Position numbers and translations under genes: made by a program
Origin: Nanobdellota archaeon
Lineage (GTDB): Archaea > Nanobdellota > Nanobdellia > Pacearchaeales > GW2011-AR1
NCBI GenBank assembly: GCA_038046245.1
Contig: JBBSWO010000003.1
Coordinates: forward strand, 118,959-182,958
Length of the DNA stretch: 64,000 bases
Reading direction: 5' to 3'
In this document: in pieces, positions 48,882-59,463 of the stretch
Position numbering within the stretch: the first letter of the stretch is position 1
Layout: the number at the start of each line of letters is the position of its first letter
Notes under the pieces: model-generated
The model's database searches: none
What the model was told of the DNA's origin: nothing
Seen by the model: only the letters and a program-made list of their open reading frames with translations

Positions 48882-49735
48882 ACACTCATTCTTCTCCACT
48901 TATCTAAAAACTCAGTCTTCTCCCTTGCAGAAAGTTTTGAATTTTCTAAAGCAGCATTAAAAGGATTCCCATTCAAAACATCTTTTATAACTTCAAGTTC
49001 AAGACCTGAAAAACTTAAAGCATTAAGAACATAATCTTCAAAGGCTTCATAAGCTACCGGCACAGTTTTTTTAACAGTATTGGCCATAACTTCAGAATAT
49101 TCCCTAATTTCTTGCTGAGCATGCTTGTCCAATCTTAAATTCAAAAAATGAAACAGATTATGCAAGTCAATTTTCCAATACCATTGAGTGTATGTTGAAA
49201 GTGGAAGCCCAATTCTTGCCAGCTCTCTTGCAATATCTGACTGTTCAAATTGTTTGTAGTGATCAAAATTTAGTTGCGCATCAGCCAGTAAAACACTGAG
49301 AAATTTGTCTCTTAATTCGGGAGGTACCTCTCCTTCTGATCCTTGTTTGTTTGACTGACTTTGTAGCTGGACTCTGTCTTCGTTAGGGACATAAAATTCT
49401 TCCTTCATAACAGAATATCTTCCAGAATATTCATTGACATTAGCGGTTCTATGTCTTATCCACTGTCTGGCAACAAAAATAGGGAGTTTAACATGCCACT
49501 TGAATTCAACCATTTCAAAAGGAGTTGTGTGTTTATTTCTCATCAAATATCTTATTAAACCTCTGTCTTCACTAACTTTTTTTGTTCCTTCCCCATAAGA
49601 AACTCTAGCTGCCTGGACAATGGCAGAATCATCACCCATATAATCGATAAGCCGCACGAATCCTTTGTCTAAAACTCTAAACTCTTTTCCCAAATCTTCC
49701 TCAGCTCCTGGAGAGGTAACTCTTCCTGTTTCCAT
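48878..49735 (-). CDS. thyX: Flavin-dependent thymidylate synthase ThyX
   Basis: RHRTANVNEYSGRY (the RHR...S motif). Confidence 0.85.
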   Translation of the reverse strand: METGRVTSPGAEEDLGKEFRVLDKGFVRLIDYMGDDSAIVQAARVSYGEGTKKVSEDRGLIRYLMRNKHTTPFEMVEFKWHVKLPIFVARQWIRHRTANVNEYSGRYSVMKEEFYVPNEDRVQLQSQSNKQGSEGEVPPELRDKFLSVLLADAQLNFDHYKQFEQSDIARELARIGLPLSTYTQWYWKIDLHNLFHFLNLRLDKHAQQEIREYSEVMANTVKKTVPVAYEAFEDYVLNALSFSGLELEVIKDVLNGNPFNAALENSKLSAREKTEFLDKWRRMSV

Positions 49736-49817
49736 TTGCTAATTCACAAAAGCCAATATAAAAATATATATGTAACAAAACAGAATAATTTAAAAACAGA
49801 TCCTTTCTATTTAGTTA

Positions 49818-50126
49818 ATGGACAAAGACATAGGAAAAATTCAAAAAAACGCAACAACAGACATTCTTGTTAGAATAGACGACTTTGGGGGGAGAAAAGG
49901 AGTCACAATAAGAGAATTCGTAACTTCTGACAAATACACCGGATTCACAAAAGCAGGTACAAGAGTTCCTGCAGAACACTTTTTGAAATTTAGAGAAATG
50001 ATAAATTCTGTCCCTTTAAGTGAGCTTGACGCACCAGCTGAAAGCGTTAAAGGTGAATATAAGCCAAAAGGTGCTAAGCCTCAAAAAACTTTGAAGCCTA
50101 GTGAAGAAGAACTGCCTGATTATTGA
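49818..50126 (+). CDS. Small protein, possibly a PC4-like ssDNA-binding fold
   Basis: ILVRIDDFGGRKGVTIREFVTSDKYTGFTKAGTRV pattern. Weak. Confidence 0.4.
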   Translation: MDKDIGKIQKNATTDILVRIDDFGGRKGVTIREFVTSDKYTGFTKAGTRVPAEHFLKFREMINSVPLSELDAPAESVKGEYKPKGAKPQKTLKPSEEELPDY

Positions 50127-50183
50127 TCACAAATTTCTTTCTAAGACAAGAATATTTATTAATTAGAATTTATTCTATTTTGT

Positions 50184-51791
50184 ATGATTAAAAGGGGGAA
50201 GATATTTTTCGCAACAATATTGCTTTTTGTGCTAATTGGTTTTGCAAGCGCAACTGATTATTATGTTGATAAAGATTCTATCGGTGGAACCTGCAGCGAT
50301 TCTAATACTGGAACATCTCTAACTCAACCATTTTGCACTATTCATAAAGGGGAAAGTGTAACAATGCCTGGTGATACTGTTTACATTAGAAGCGGGACAT
50401 ATTTCGAATTGTCTGGAATTTCTCTTGGCTCAGGGGATAGAGGAACTTTAAACATTAATAGAGGAGGCTCTCCTGGCAATCCAATTACTTACACAAGATA
50501 TCCTGGAGACCCTATGCCAAACATTACTGGAAATTCACTGACTTATGCTGTTGTAATTGGAGCCTCATATATAACACTTGATTCTTTAGATGTAAGCAAC
50601 GGCTATAGAGGCATCACACTCGCAGCAACAGGATCAAGTGATATCACAATCAGAAATTCACATATCCACAATGTTGCAGGCTCAACTGGAGGCAATAATA
50701 ACGGAGGCATAGTTGGAGGAATTTTTGGAGGAGTTGCATACGGCATGTTTAATAACGTCCTTATAGAAAATAATGAGATTCACGATAACAGAGATCCATC
50801 TTGTTTTTCTGGAACAGGCGCAGGAATCGAGTTTTATGGTTTGAACAATTCAATAATAAGGAACAATCACATCTACAATGAACATGGAGGTATTTGGCTT
50901 AAAAGTCATGACTCTAACTCAAAAATTTACAACAACACTATCCATAATGTAGGGGAGGGAATATATCATTTTGGTGAACCAATGAATCTGGATATTTTTG
51001 ATAATGTTATTTATAGTTTTAGCGAAAATGCTCTAGGGAGCAGACAGTCATCATCAACAACTTACCTCCCCGGCCAAAATATAAGATACTTTAATAATAT
51101 TGTTTTAGGTGATGGCCTTCATCATACGTTTTATCAAGTTGTAACAAACGGATCTAGAGTTTACAACAATATTTTTTATTACGGTAATAGAGGGGCTTGC
51201 ACTGCAGGCAGTGAATCAGGAGAATTAACCGACCGAGAAAGCGGTACTGCAACAAACTTTTTTGAAGGAAATAACTTGTTGTATCATCCTACAAACAACC
51301 AACATTTTTGCTGGGATGGTGCACTTTACACACTTACTGGTTGGCGTTCATATTGGGATGGAGCTGGAGGCAATCCTACAAACGGAGACGGCAGTATTGA
51401 GGGAGATCCTCTTTTCATCTCAACAGATCCAGCAAATTCCAATTTCTTAAGGCCAGCAAGCAATAGCCCTGTTATAGACAACGGAACTTTTATTCCTGGC
51501 TTCCACTGTGCATTATCCGACAGCAATGGGGGAAGCAGTTTAACAGATTGCAGACATTGGAGTGGCTTAGCTCCTGACATTGGAAGATATGAATATGTTT
51601 CTGGAGTTGCTTCAAACTCTCCAGACGTAAACTCGGATGGAAAAGTAAATGTAATTGATTTGGTCCTGGTCATAAGATGGCAGGGAAGAAATTCAGGAGA
51701 TATAGATTGGAACAACTACAAACATCTAGATGTTAACAAGGACAATAGAACGAACATGAGTGATATTAATGTTGTTATAACAAATATGTAA
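50184..51791 (+). CDS. Secreted right-handed beta-helix (pectate-lyase-fold) protein with a C-terminal dockerin-like module
   Basis: Signal peptide. Repeated NN.I.....G beta-helix rungs. C-terminal DVNSDGKVNVIDLVLV ... DVNKDNRTNMSDINVV duplicated Ca-binding dockerin repeats. Confidence 0.7.
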   Translation: MIKRGKIFFATILLFVLIGFASATDYYVDKDSIGGTCSDSNTGTSLTQPFCTIHKGESVTMPGDTVYIRSGTYFELSGISLGSGDRGTLNINRGGSPGNPITYTRYPGDPMPNITGNSLTYAVVIGASYITLDSLDVSNGYRGITLAATGSSDITIRNSHIHNVAGSTGGNNNGGIVGGIFGGVAYGMFNNVLIENNEIHDNRDPSCFSGTGAGIEFYGLNNSIIRNNHIYNEHGGIWLKSHDSNSKIYNNTIHNVGEGIYHFGEPMNLDIFDNVIYSFSENALGSRQSSSTTYLPGQNIRYFNNIVLGDGLHHTFYQVVTNGSRVYNNIFYYGNRGACTAGSESGELTDRESGTATNFFEGNNLLYHPTNNQHFCWDGALYTLTGWRSYWDGAGGNPTNGDGSIEGDPLFISTDPANSNFLRPASNSPVIDNGTFIPGFHCALSDSNGGSSLTDCRHWSGLAPDIGRYEYVSGVASNSPDVNSDGKVNVIDLVLVIRWQGRNSGDIDWNNYKHLDVNKDNRTNMSDINVVITNM

Positions 51792-51796
51792 CTAAA

Positions 51797-52054
51797 TTAT
51801 TCCTTCAAAACTCCCCCCAGCAAAATCTCGTACATTTTATTTTTTGTAATTCCTAAAAACTCAACTTTTATTTTTGGCGAGTTTTTAGTGTAACCATTTT
51901 TAAAAATTATAAAATCAAATTTCTTGGAATTTCCATTATCAAAAAGCCTTTTAGTCCAATAAGGTTTTATCTCTCTGTACTCAATTTTCTTTTCTCCAGA
52001 TGAAATAAGATCAAACCATTTCTTTTTAAGAGTGAGATAAAGGATTTTATCCAT
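51797..52054 (-). CDS. Small ASCH/PUA-like protein
   Basis: LKKKWFDLISSGEKKIEYRE pattern. Confidence 0.4.
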   Translation of the reverse strand: MDKILYLTLKKKWFDLISSGEKKIEYREIKPYWTKRLFDNGNSKKFDFIIFKNGYTKNSPKIKVEFLGITKNKMYEILLGGVLKE

Positions 52055-52123
52055 GCAATATTATAATTCAAACAATTAAATATCTTTTCCAAACTTTTAA
52101 AAAATCTCTCAACCTATAGTATT

Positions 52124-52459
52124 ATGAAAGAAATACACTGGATTGCCCTCGCAGTAATTCTTGTAGTTGCGGGATTTGCTATTTTTATCACAACAAGGCC
52201 TTCAACCCCAACAACAACTGAAGAAGTTGCAAGATGTATTGGAGAAAAATCAACACTGTATGTTCAGTTAGGATGTTCCCACTGTAAAACGCAGGAAGAT
52301 ATGTTTGGAAATAACACAAAGTATCTGAATAAAATTGATTGTTTCTATGAAAGAGACAAATGTTCTGATATAGCAGGCACACCTACTTGGTTAATTGACG
52401 GACAAAAATATGAAGGAGTTCAGAGTATAGAGACATTAAGAACTGCTACTGGGTGTTAA
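52124..52459 (+). CDS. Membrane-anchored thioredoxin-fold CxxC protein
   Basis: TM, then a CSHC motif. Confidence 0.5.
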   Translation: MKEIHWIALAVILVVAGFAIFITTRPSTPTTTEEVARCIGEKSTLYVQLGCSHCKTQEDMFGNNTKYLNKIDCFYERDKCSDIAGTPTWLIDGQKYEGVQSIETLRTATGC

Positions 52460-52793
52460 TTAGTAGTTTTTCAAACGTCTGATTTTTGTTCAACATTCTT
52501 TTTTCTTAGCTTCAAGGAAAGTGTATATTTGAACATACAAAGCTCTTACATATTCAACTTCAAGATTATTCTCTCTTGCAACGTCCTCGACACTCTTTTT
52601 TATAGAATAATAGAAGAGTATTCTATCTCTAAGTATACCAAGCCCAGCCAACTGACTTTGCAATTCAATTAAGGTTTCTTCGCCAATGTCCCTTAAATTT
52701 CCTTCCAACATATAATATTATGAATTCAAAGAATAAATATTTTGCGGTTTTATCACCCAAAACCTTTTAATTCTCCAGTTTCCATCTAATTTC

Positions 52794-54539
52794 ATGGAAA
52801 CCGCAAACAAAATACGACAGCCAATTATCACAGTTGTTGGCCATGTTGATCACGGAAAGACTAGCATACTGGATTGTCTTAGAGAAAGCTCTGTCCAAAA
52901 TGCAGAGGCAGGAGGGATAACACAAAAAATCTCTTTCACATTATATCCCGCTTCACAGCTTAAAAAATCCTGCCCTCTTCTTCAGGAAAAAGGGATAAAA
53001 CTCCAGATTCCAGGGTTCTTGTTCATCGATACGCCAGGCCACGCGGCTTTCACGAATTTGAGAAAACGTGGCGGTTCTCTCGCAGACATAGCAATTCTTG
53101 TCATAGACATAAACGAAGGAATAAAACCCCAGACTTCAGAGGTAATTCAGATCTTGAAACACAACAAAGTTCCCTTTTTGATAGCTCTAAACAAAATTGA
53201 CAAAATTCAAGGATGGAAAATAAACAACAAAGATTTAGAAAAAAATTTAGAACTTCAGCCACAAAGCACAAAGCTGAACTTCGATGAGAAGTTTTATACT
53301 CTAGTAGGTTCATTAAGCAGTTATGGCCTAGAAGCCGACCTTTACGACAAGATAACAGACTTCACAAAAAAAGTTGCAATAATCCCATGTTCAGCAAGAT
53401 CTAAAGAAGGGATACAGGAGCTGATAATGATGCTTTGCGGATTAAGCCAAAAATATCTTTCTGAAAAATTAAAACTCGGAAAAGAAGCAAGAGGGGTCGT
53501 GCTTGAGGTAAAAAAAGAAAAATCTGGAAACTATGCCGAGGCAATACTTTATGACGGAGAACTTGCAAAAAATGACGAAATCGCTGTTGCAAATATAGAA
53601 GGAAATCCTATAGTAACAAAAATAAGAGTTTTGGAAGAAATAGAACCATTAAGTGACAAGTTCAAACCAAAAGAGAAAATAACCGCATCAACAGGATTCA
53701 GGATGCAACTGACAGAAAAGTTTGACGCTCTTCCAGGAATGCCCTTTATGGCATTTAAAGGAAACAAAGAAGAAGTCCAAAAAATATTCAAAAAAGAAAT
53801 TTCTGAAAACATAAAAACTGACAAGAATGGAATAATCGCAAAAGCTGATTCTCTCGGAAGTTTGGAAGCACTTTTAACATTGCTAAGCCAAAGTAACATT
53901 CCAGTATTAAAAGCCGGAATTGGGAATATAAACAAGACAGATATAGTTTCTGCAAAAGCAAATATGGAGATAAACGAATTAGATTCTTTGATTGCGGGAT
54001 TCAATGTTGAGATTGACAACGAAGCAAAAGAGATTCAGGGAAAAATAAAAATTCTCACTGAAAAAGTTATTTACAAACTAATAGAAAAAACAATTGAGTT
54101 TAGGCAGGAAAAAGCGAATGAAATCGAAAAAAGAAGATTGATGGCCTTGGCAACATTGTGCAAATTAAAAATTTTACCGCAGTTTGTTTTCAGGAATACA
54201 AACCCTGCAATATTTGGGGTAAAAGTCGAAGTCGGAAAAATAATATCAAACTTGCCTTTCATAAATAAAGAAAATGAAAAAGTTGGGAGGATAAAAGCGA
54301 TTCAGTCTGAAAACAGATCAGTGCAGGAAGCAACTGAGGGTATGGAGGTTGCAATATCTGTTCCTGGATTAAATTTTGAAAGAGAGCTGAAAAATAAGGA
54401 TTTTATTTATTCAGATTTAAGTGAGTCACAATTTAAGACCTTCAAAAAAAACAAGGATCTTTTGTCTTCAAATGAAATAAAACTTCTTCAAGAGATACAG
54501 GAGTTAAAGAAAAAGCAAAGAGCAGATTGGGGCGGATGA
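52794..54539 (+). CDS. infB: Translation initiation factor aIF5B (IF2-like GTPase)
   Basis: VVGHVDHGKTSILD, DTPGH, NKID. 581 aa. Confidence 0.9.
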   Translation: METANKIRQPIITVVGHVDHGKTSILDCLRESSVQNAEAGGITQKISFTLYPASQLKKSCPLLQEKGIKLQIPGFLFIDTPGHAAFTNLRKRGGSLADIAILVIDINEGIKPQTSEVIQILKHNKVPFLIALNKIDKIQGWKINNKDLEKNLELQPQSTKLNFDEKFYTLVGSLSSYGLEADLYDKITDFTKKVAIIPCSARSKEGIQELIMMLCGLSQKYLSEKLKLGKEARGVVLEVKKEKSGNYAEAILYDGELAKNDEIAVANIEGNPIVTKIRVLEEIEPLSDKFKPKEKITASTGFRMQLTEKFDALPGMPFMAFKGNKEEVQKIFKKEISENIKTDKNGIIAKADSLGSLEALLTLLSQSNIPVLKAGIGNINKTDIVSAKANMEINELDSLIAGFNVEIDNEAKEIQGKIKILTEKVIYKLIEKTIEFRQEKANEIEKRRLMALATLCKLKILPQFVFRNTNPAIFGVKVEVGKIISNLPFINKENEKVGRIKAIQSENRSVQEATEGMEVAISVPGLNFERELKNKDFIYSDLSESQFKTFKKNKDLLSSNEIKLLQEIQELKKKQRADWGG

Positions 54540-54542
54540 TTT

Positions 54543-55052
54543 TTATTCAAAGGTTAAACTGCCTAAGTCATCTATTCTACCAACTTGCCAAATGTAATTT
54601 TTCTTAGATATGATGTCTTGAATTTGTTTTCTTATTAGGTTTAAAGATTCTATCTTTGAGATTTTCGATAAGAAAATAATATCTTTTATTTTATCTTTAT
54701 CAGTCATCCCGTCAAATACTAAAAAGTCTATTGGGCTAAAAATTGGTTTAACATCAAATGGATTAATTTTTAATTTTCTGAAAATCGGTAAAACTACATT
54801 GTTCACTATCTTTTTAGCTTCATTTCTTCCCTTCTCAACCGCAACATCTCTAATCTTTTGTTCTTTTTCATTAAATTTTTCTTCTTCTTTACTCATTGCA
54901 ATTATCCTTGCTTCATAAGTATCCAACCAAGTTTTAACAATCGGTTTCTTTACTTTTAAATGTAAATCTGAAACTCGAACTATCTCTCCACAACACGGAC
55001 AAATACAGAGTATTTTTCTGAATTCACTAAATTCTTCAAATAAGATATTCAT
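54543..55052 (-). CDS. Coiled-coil protein with a C-terminal Hjc/PD-(D/E)xK-like domain (paralog B, degenerate motif) and an N-terminal CxCxCC cluster
   Basis: PIDFLVFDG...IIFLSKISK aligns with the neighbour's PIDIVIFHG...FLEVKSG. Confidence 0.5.
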   Translation of the reverse strand: MNILFEEFSEFRKILCICPCCGEIVRVSDLHLKVKKPIVKTWLDTYEARIIAMSKEEEKFNEKEQKIRDVAVEKGRNEAKKIVNNVVLPIFRKLKINPFDVKPIFSPIDFLVFDGMTDKDKIKDIIFLSKISKIESLNLIRKQIQDIISKKNYIWQVGRIDDLGSLTFE

Positions 55053-55531
55053 TTGAATTCCTCATACTTTACTTTATTATTTTCAACAGCTTCTTTTATA
55101 CTCTTTTGATGTTTGTTAAGTACAGCTTTTCCACTCTTAACTTCTAAAAATCTAATAGACTCAACTTTTCCAGCAGTTAAACCATGAAAAATCACAATGT
55201 CTATTGGGTCGCCTAAAAATCGACAATCAGATAATTCCCATTTGAAATCATTCATAGTAGGGAAAACTTTTTCTAATAGTTTTCCGACATTGGTAGATTT
55301 TGCTGTAGTTTGTGCACCAGTAGTCGCTCTTTTCAAACTTTTCTTTAATTCTTCTTGTCTCTTTTTTAGCCCTTCTTCTAGATTCTTTTGAACCTCTGCC
55401 GCTTTGAATGGAAATGGTTTTGTTCCATCAAATAACAAAGCATCAGAAATTTTAAATTCACTATCACAAGCAGAGTGTTCAGCATAAATATCGGATTCCT
55501 TAAGAAGTTTTATTATTTCTTCAGTTTCCAT
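55049..55531 (-). CDS. Coiled-coil protein with a C-terminal Hjc-like PD-(D/E)xK nuclease domain (paralog A)
   Basis: D-I-V-I-F ... F-L-E-V-K-S-G, as in the archaeal Holliday-junction resolvase core (D...E-V-K). Confidence 0.55.
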   Translation of the reverse strand: METEEIIKLLKESDIYAEHSACDSEFKISDALLFDGTKPFPFKAAEVQKNLEEGLKKRQEELKKSLKRATTGAQTTAKSTNVGKLLEKVFPTMNDFKWELSDCRFLGDPIDIVIFHGLTAGKVESIRFLEVKSGKAVLNKHQKSIKEAVENNKVKYEEFK

Positions 55532-55643
55532 ATTATTAAATAGTACAACTGCTATAAATACTTTTCAGGACTACTTTATTTCTTGCCTTTTCTTTAATTC
55601 ACTCAAGAGATAGTTTTAAAAACCAAATTTTCCCTTTAATAAA

Positions 55644-56099
55644 ATGCCATTCAAAATAAACGTTTCAGATAAGGACGGAAAAACATACAAGTTTGAACTC
55701 GAAAGCGAGGAGCTTATTGGAAAGGAACTTGGTCAAACAATAAACGGCAAGGAATTGCTTCCAACCTTAGACGGCTACGAATTTCAGATAACTGGCGCAA
55801 GTGACAAGGCAGGATTCCCGGCTTTTGAAACTGTTGAAGGAATTGGATTAAAAAGAGTTCTTTTGACTTACGGAAAAGGAATGAACAAAAGACCTAAACA
55901 TGAAGGAAAGAGAGCATGGACAAAAAACAGGCCAAAAGGATTAAGACTCAGGAAAACGCAGAGAGGAAAAATAATTTCTACAGATATTATCCAAATAAAC
56001 ATGAAAATCGCAAAACACGGCCACACAGCATTGAAGGAAATATTCCCAGACCAAAACCAGCCAAAAGAGAAAAAGAAATTTGAGGCTCCTACTGCTTAA
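55644..56099 (+). CDS. rps6e: Ribosomal protein eS6
   Basis: MPFKINVSDKDGKTYKFELE...ITGASDKAGFP. Confidence 0.9.
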   Translation: MPFKINVSDKDGKTYKFELESEELIGKELGQTINGKELLPTLDGYEFQITGASDKAGFPAFETVEGIGLKRVLLTYGKGMNKRPKHEGKRAWTKNRPKGLRLRKTQRGKIISTDIIQINMKIAKHGHTALKEIFPDQNQPKEKKKFEAPTA

Positions 56100-56174
56100 T
56101 CCCCTGTTTTCTAAAAGTTAACCTATTTATCTCTCATCCATAACTCTTTTAAAACAAATTTAATTTCTTATTTT

Positions 56175-56786
56175 ATGACTGAAATAACTCAGATAGCCAA
56201 TCGCATAGCTGAAAAAAAAGAGGAAAAATTGATTTATGGAGTAAGAAGCGTTGAAAGACTGTCACCTTATTCTCCAAACATTCTGGCAGTTGTGAATTTT
56301 CCGGACAATCCAAATGGAGTTATAACAAGAGGATATATTTTTGACATTTGCTTTGAAGAAGCATACGGAACTCTAGAAAGAGCTGTTGAACACTTTGTAA
56401 AAAAGTCAGCAAAACTCCAGGGGTTTGTTGTCCATGATAATGGTAATGGATCAAGAAGTGAAACAAGAGAACCTTTGCTTTGTCTTATGGGTTTTTTAAA
56501 GGGAAAAGATTGGAGAAAAAAAGGAATAGACGGGATAGACAGAGATATCATATATTTCCCTTTTGAAAAATCTGATGAAAAAGGTAGAGCAACAGCAAAC
56601 CCATTCCTTGTTAAATCATCTATCCATGAAGACATAGGAACTGGGAGTATATCAACAATCAACCCAAATGAAATGGAAGATCTTTATCCATTGCTCACTG
56701 TAGAAAGAATGCGCAGGCTAACGCTTTCTCCAGAAAAGTTTAAAGAATTCCCAGACCTTTCTTCCCTAGGGATTAAGTACGTTTAA
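56175..56786 (+). CDS. Hypothetical protein (203 aa)
   Basis: ORF only. Confidence 0.5.
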   Translation: MTEITQIANRIAEKKEEKLIYGVRSVERLSPYSPNILAVVNFPDNPNGVITRGYIFDICFEEAYGTLERAVEHFVKKSAKLQGFVVHDNGNGSRSETREPLLCLMGFLKGKDWRKKGIDGIDRDIIYFPFEKSDEKGRATANPFLVKSSIHEDIGTGSISTINPNEMEDLYPLLTVERMRRLTLSPEKFKEFPDLSSLGIKYV

Positions 56787-59369
56787 TTATTGATACCCAT
56801 ACTTGTTTACAACCCAAGATTTCACGATTTGTGCCAGAACTAAGTAGACGATTGTTATAAGGAACAATATCACGAAATATGTAAAAGGAAGTGGAGTAAA
56901 CCCAAAGAATTTCCCGAATGGCGAAAGTGTTGTTCCTATTGCTATTAAAATGATAAAGATTGAACTCAATACAAAGAATTTATTCGGTCTGCTTTCTAAG
57001 AATGGGATTTTATTTGTTCTTATGACAAACATTATAAGAATCTGAGTGACCATGGATTCAATAAACCAACCAGTCTGGAAAACCGAAGCACTCGCCGCGG
57101 TCGTCGCATTGAAAACAAAAAACATTATTGCAAATGTTGCAAAATCAAAAATAGAACTGATGGGCCCAACAAAAATCATAAATTTCTCCAGGAATTTTAT
57201 ATTCCACATTCTAGGTTTGGTGAGATATTCCTTGTCAACTTTATCCAGAGGAAGAGAAATCTGAGACAAGTCATAAAGAAAATTATTGAACAAAATCTGT
57301 ATCGGAAGCATTGGCAAAAAGGGAACAAATATAACGGCACCGCTAAAAGAAAGCATATTTCCGAAATTTGAACTAGAGCCCATTTTCAGATACTTCACAA
57401 TATTGCCAAAAGTCAATCTCCCCTCGAGAATACCCTCCTTGAGCACCAACAGATTTTTCTCAAGCAGTATAACATCAGCAGACTCTCTCGCGATTTCAAT
57501 AGCATTGTTCACAGAAATACCCACATCAGCAGCCCTCAAAGCAGGGGCATCATTCATCCCGTCTCCGAGATATCCAACAACATGTTTGTTCAGCCTCAAT
57601 GCATTGATAACTCTCTTTTTTTGAAGAGGGTTAAGTCTCGTGAAAACATTTGTTATCTCAACAGCTTCTTTAATCTCGGTGTCACTCAGCCCGTCAATTT
57701 CATCTCCAGTAAGAACACCTTTAACATTAAATCCAACTTCTTGGCAAACCTTTCTTGTGATTATGTCATTGTCGCCAGTGAGTATTTTCATTTCTATTCC
57801 CAAAGTCCCAAGACTTGTTATGACTTCTCTCACAGAATGTTTAGGCGGATCCAAAAAAGCCAGATAGCCCAAAAGAACAAGATTTTTTTCATCTTCTCTG
57901 GAAAAATTAGATTTTCCCTTTCCTAATTTTTTGTAAGCGACTGCGATAACAATAAATCCTTCATTACTGAGTTTTTCATATTCTTTTTTCAATTTCAAAG
58001 AAACGCTTTCATTAATCTTCATTATTCTTCCAGCTATTTCATACTGATTGCATCTCTTGAATATTTCTTCAGGAGCTCCCTTGGAGATTGCAAATCTTTG
58101 ACTTGTATTCTTGTCTTCAACAGCGATAGAGATTATCTTTCTCGAATAATCATAGGGGATTTCCCCAATTTTTTTGTATTGGGCAACAGATATTTTTTTC
58201 CGGTTTAGTATAGCTTTTTCAATTAAATTTTTTATTCCAGTTTGATGGTAACTGTTAAGATAGGTATAATTAAAGACGTGTTCACTTTCTTTTCCATTGA
58301 TATCACAATATCTTTCAAGAATTATTTTATTCTCGGTCAAAGTTCCGGTTTTATCCGTGCACAAAACATCCATAGCACCAAAATTTTGTATTGAATCAAG
58401 ATGTTTGACAATCACCTTTTTCTGAGCCATCGCTCTTGCACCCTTCGCAAGATTTATCGTGACAATAGTCGGCAACATCTCAGGAGTCAGACCAACAGCA
58501 ACGGCAAGAGAGAAAAGAAGAGCCTCCCTGAATGTACCCCTCTTAAAAACAAAATCAATCAAAAATATTGCAATGACCAAAATTATAGTAAATCTTATCA
58601 TAAGAAGGGTGAATTTTTTTATTCCAATGTCAAAACTAGTTTCACCTTTGTCCTTGACTAAAGTTTTTGAAATTTCGCCAAACGTCGTCGATAATCCTGT
58701 GGATATAACCACTCCAACACCGCTTCCAGAAACTATGCTAGAACCCATAAAAGCTAGATTATTCAATTCCGTGATAGAATTTCCCTTTGATTTAAGAGCA
58801 GAAGAGATTTTCTCAGCAGGAATAGACTCTCCGGTCAATGTCGATTGGTTCACGAAAAGGCTTTGTGAAGAAATTATCCTTAAGTCCGCAGGAACAACAT
58901 CTCCGACGTACAAATGGATTATATCTCCTGGAACAATGTCTTTTATGTCAATCTCATTTTGTTTTCCAGCCCTCGTAACCAAAATTTTTGTCTTGACAAG
59001 ATTTCTTAATTTCTCTATCGCACGCTCAGAACCCCTTTCCTGTATAAAACTTAACGAAACACTTATGAGAATCATCGCTGAGATGAAAATAGCACTCGCT
59101 TTTTCCCTGAAGAACAAAGAAAAAACATCTATCACTAGTAGAATTATTATAAGTGGATTGAGAAAATTCATAAAAAATTTAGTAATAGCATGATATCTTT
59201 TTTTCTTTGCAGGCTCATTAAATCCAAACCTTTCAAGTCTTTCCACAGCTTCGTGCTCTGAAATTCCATTGAGTGAAGTATGCAAATCTTCCAGAGTTTC
59301 ACTAACGTCCATTTCAGCATACCGAGCATGCGAGCCATTACTGAATTCTTTACTTTTCAGAATATCCAT
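56787..59369 (-). CDS. mgtA: P-type ATPase, MgtA-like (type IIIB)
   Basis: CTDKTGTLTENK, TGDN, GDGMNDAPALRAADVGISV. 860 aa, MgtA-like N-terminus. Confidence 0.85.
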   Translation of the reverse strand: MDILKSKEFSNGSHARYAEMDVSETLEDLHTSLNGISEHEAVERLERFGFNEPAKKKRYHAITKFFMNFLNPLIIILLVIDVFSLFFREKASAIFISAMILISVSLSFIQERGSERAIEKLRNLVKTKILVTRAGKQNEIDIKDIVPGDIIHLYVGDVVPADLRIISSQSLFVNQSTLTGESIPAEKISSALKSKGNSITELNNLAFMGSSIVSGSGVGVVISTGLSTTFGEISKTLVKDKGETSFDIGIKKFTLLMIRFTIILVIAIFLIDFVFKRGTFREALLFSLAVAVGLTPEMLPTIVTINLAKGARAMAQKKVIVKHLDSIQNFGAMDVLCTDKTGTLTENKIILERYCDINGKESEHVFNYTYLNSYHQTGIKNLIEKAILNRKKISVAQYKKIGEIPYDYSRKIISIAVEDKNTSQRFAISKGAPEEIFKRCNQYEIAGRIMKINESVSLKLKKEYEKLSNEGFIVIAVAYKKLGKGKSNFSREDEKNLVLLGYLAFLDPPKHSVREVITSLGTLGIEMKILTGDNDIITRKVCQEVGFNVKGVLTGDEIDGLSDTEIKEAVEITNVFTRLNPLQKKRVINALRLNKHVVGYLGDGMNDAPALRAADVGISVNNAIEIARESADVILLEKNLLVLKEGILEGRLTFGNIVKYLKMGSSSNFGNMLSFSGAVIFVPFLPMLPIQILFNNFLYDLSQISLPLDKVDKEYLTKPRMWNIKFLEKFMIFVGPISSIFDFATFAIMFFVFNATTAASASVFQTGWFIESMVTQILIMFVIRTNKIPFLESRPNKFFVLSSIFIILIAIGTTLSPFGKFFGFTPLPFTYFVILFLITIVYLVLAQIVKSWVVNKYGYQ

Positions 59370-59463
59370 TTAAACCCCTTTTTTACTGTATAAAAAGAAA
59401 AAAGATATATTTAAATTCTACCTCATTAACAAGCTTTAAAAACTTCTCCAATTATCGTATTTT

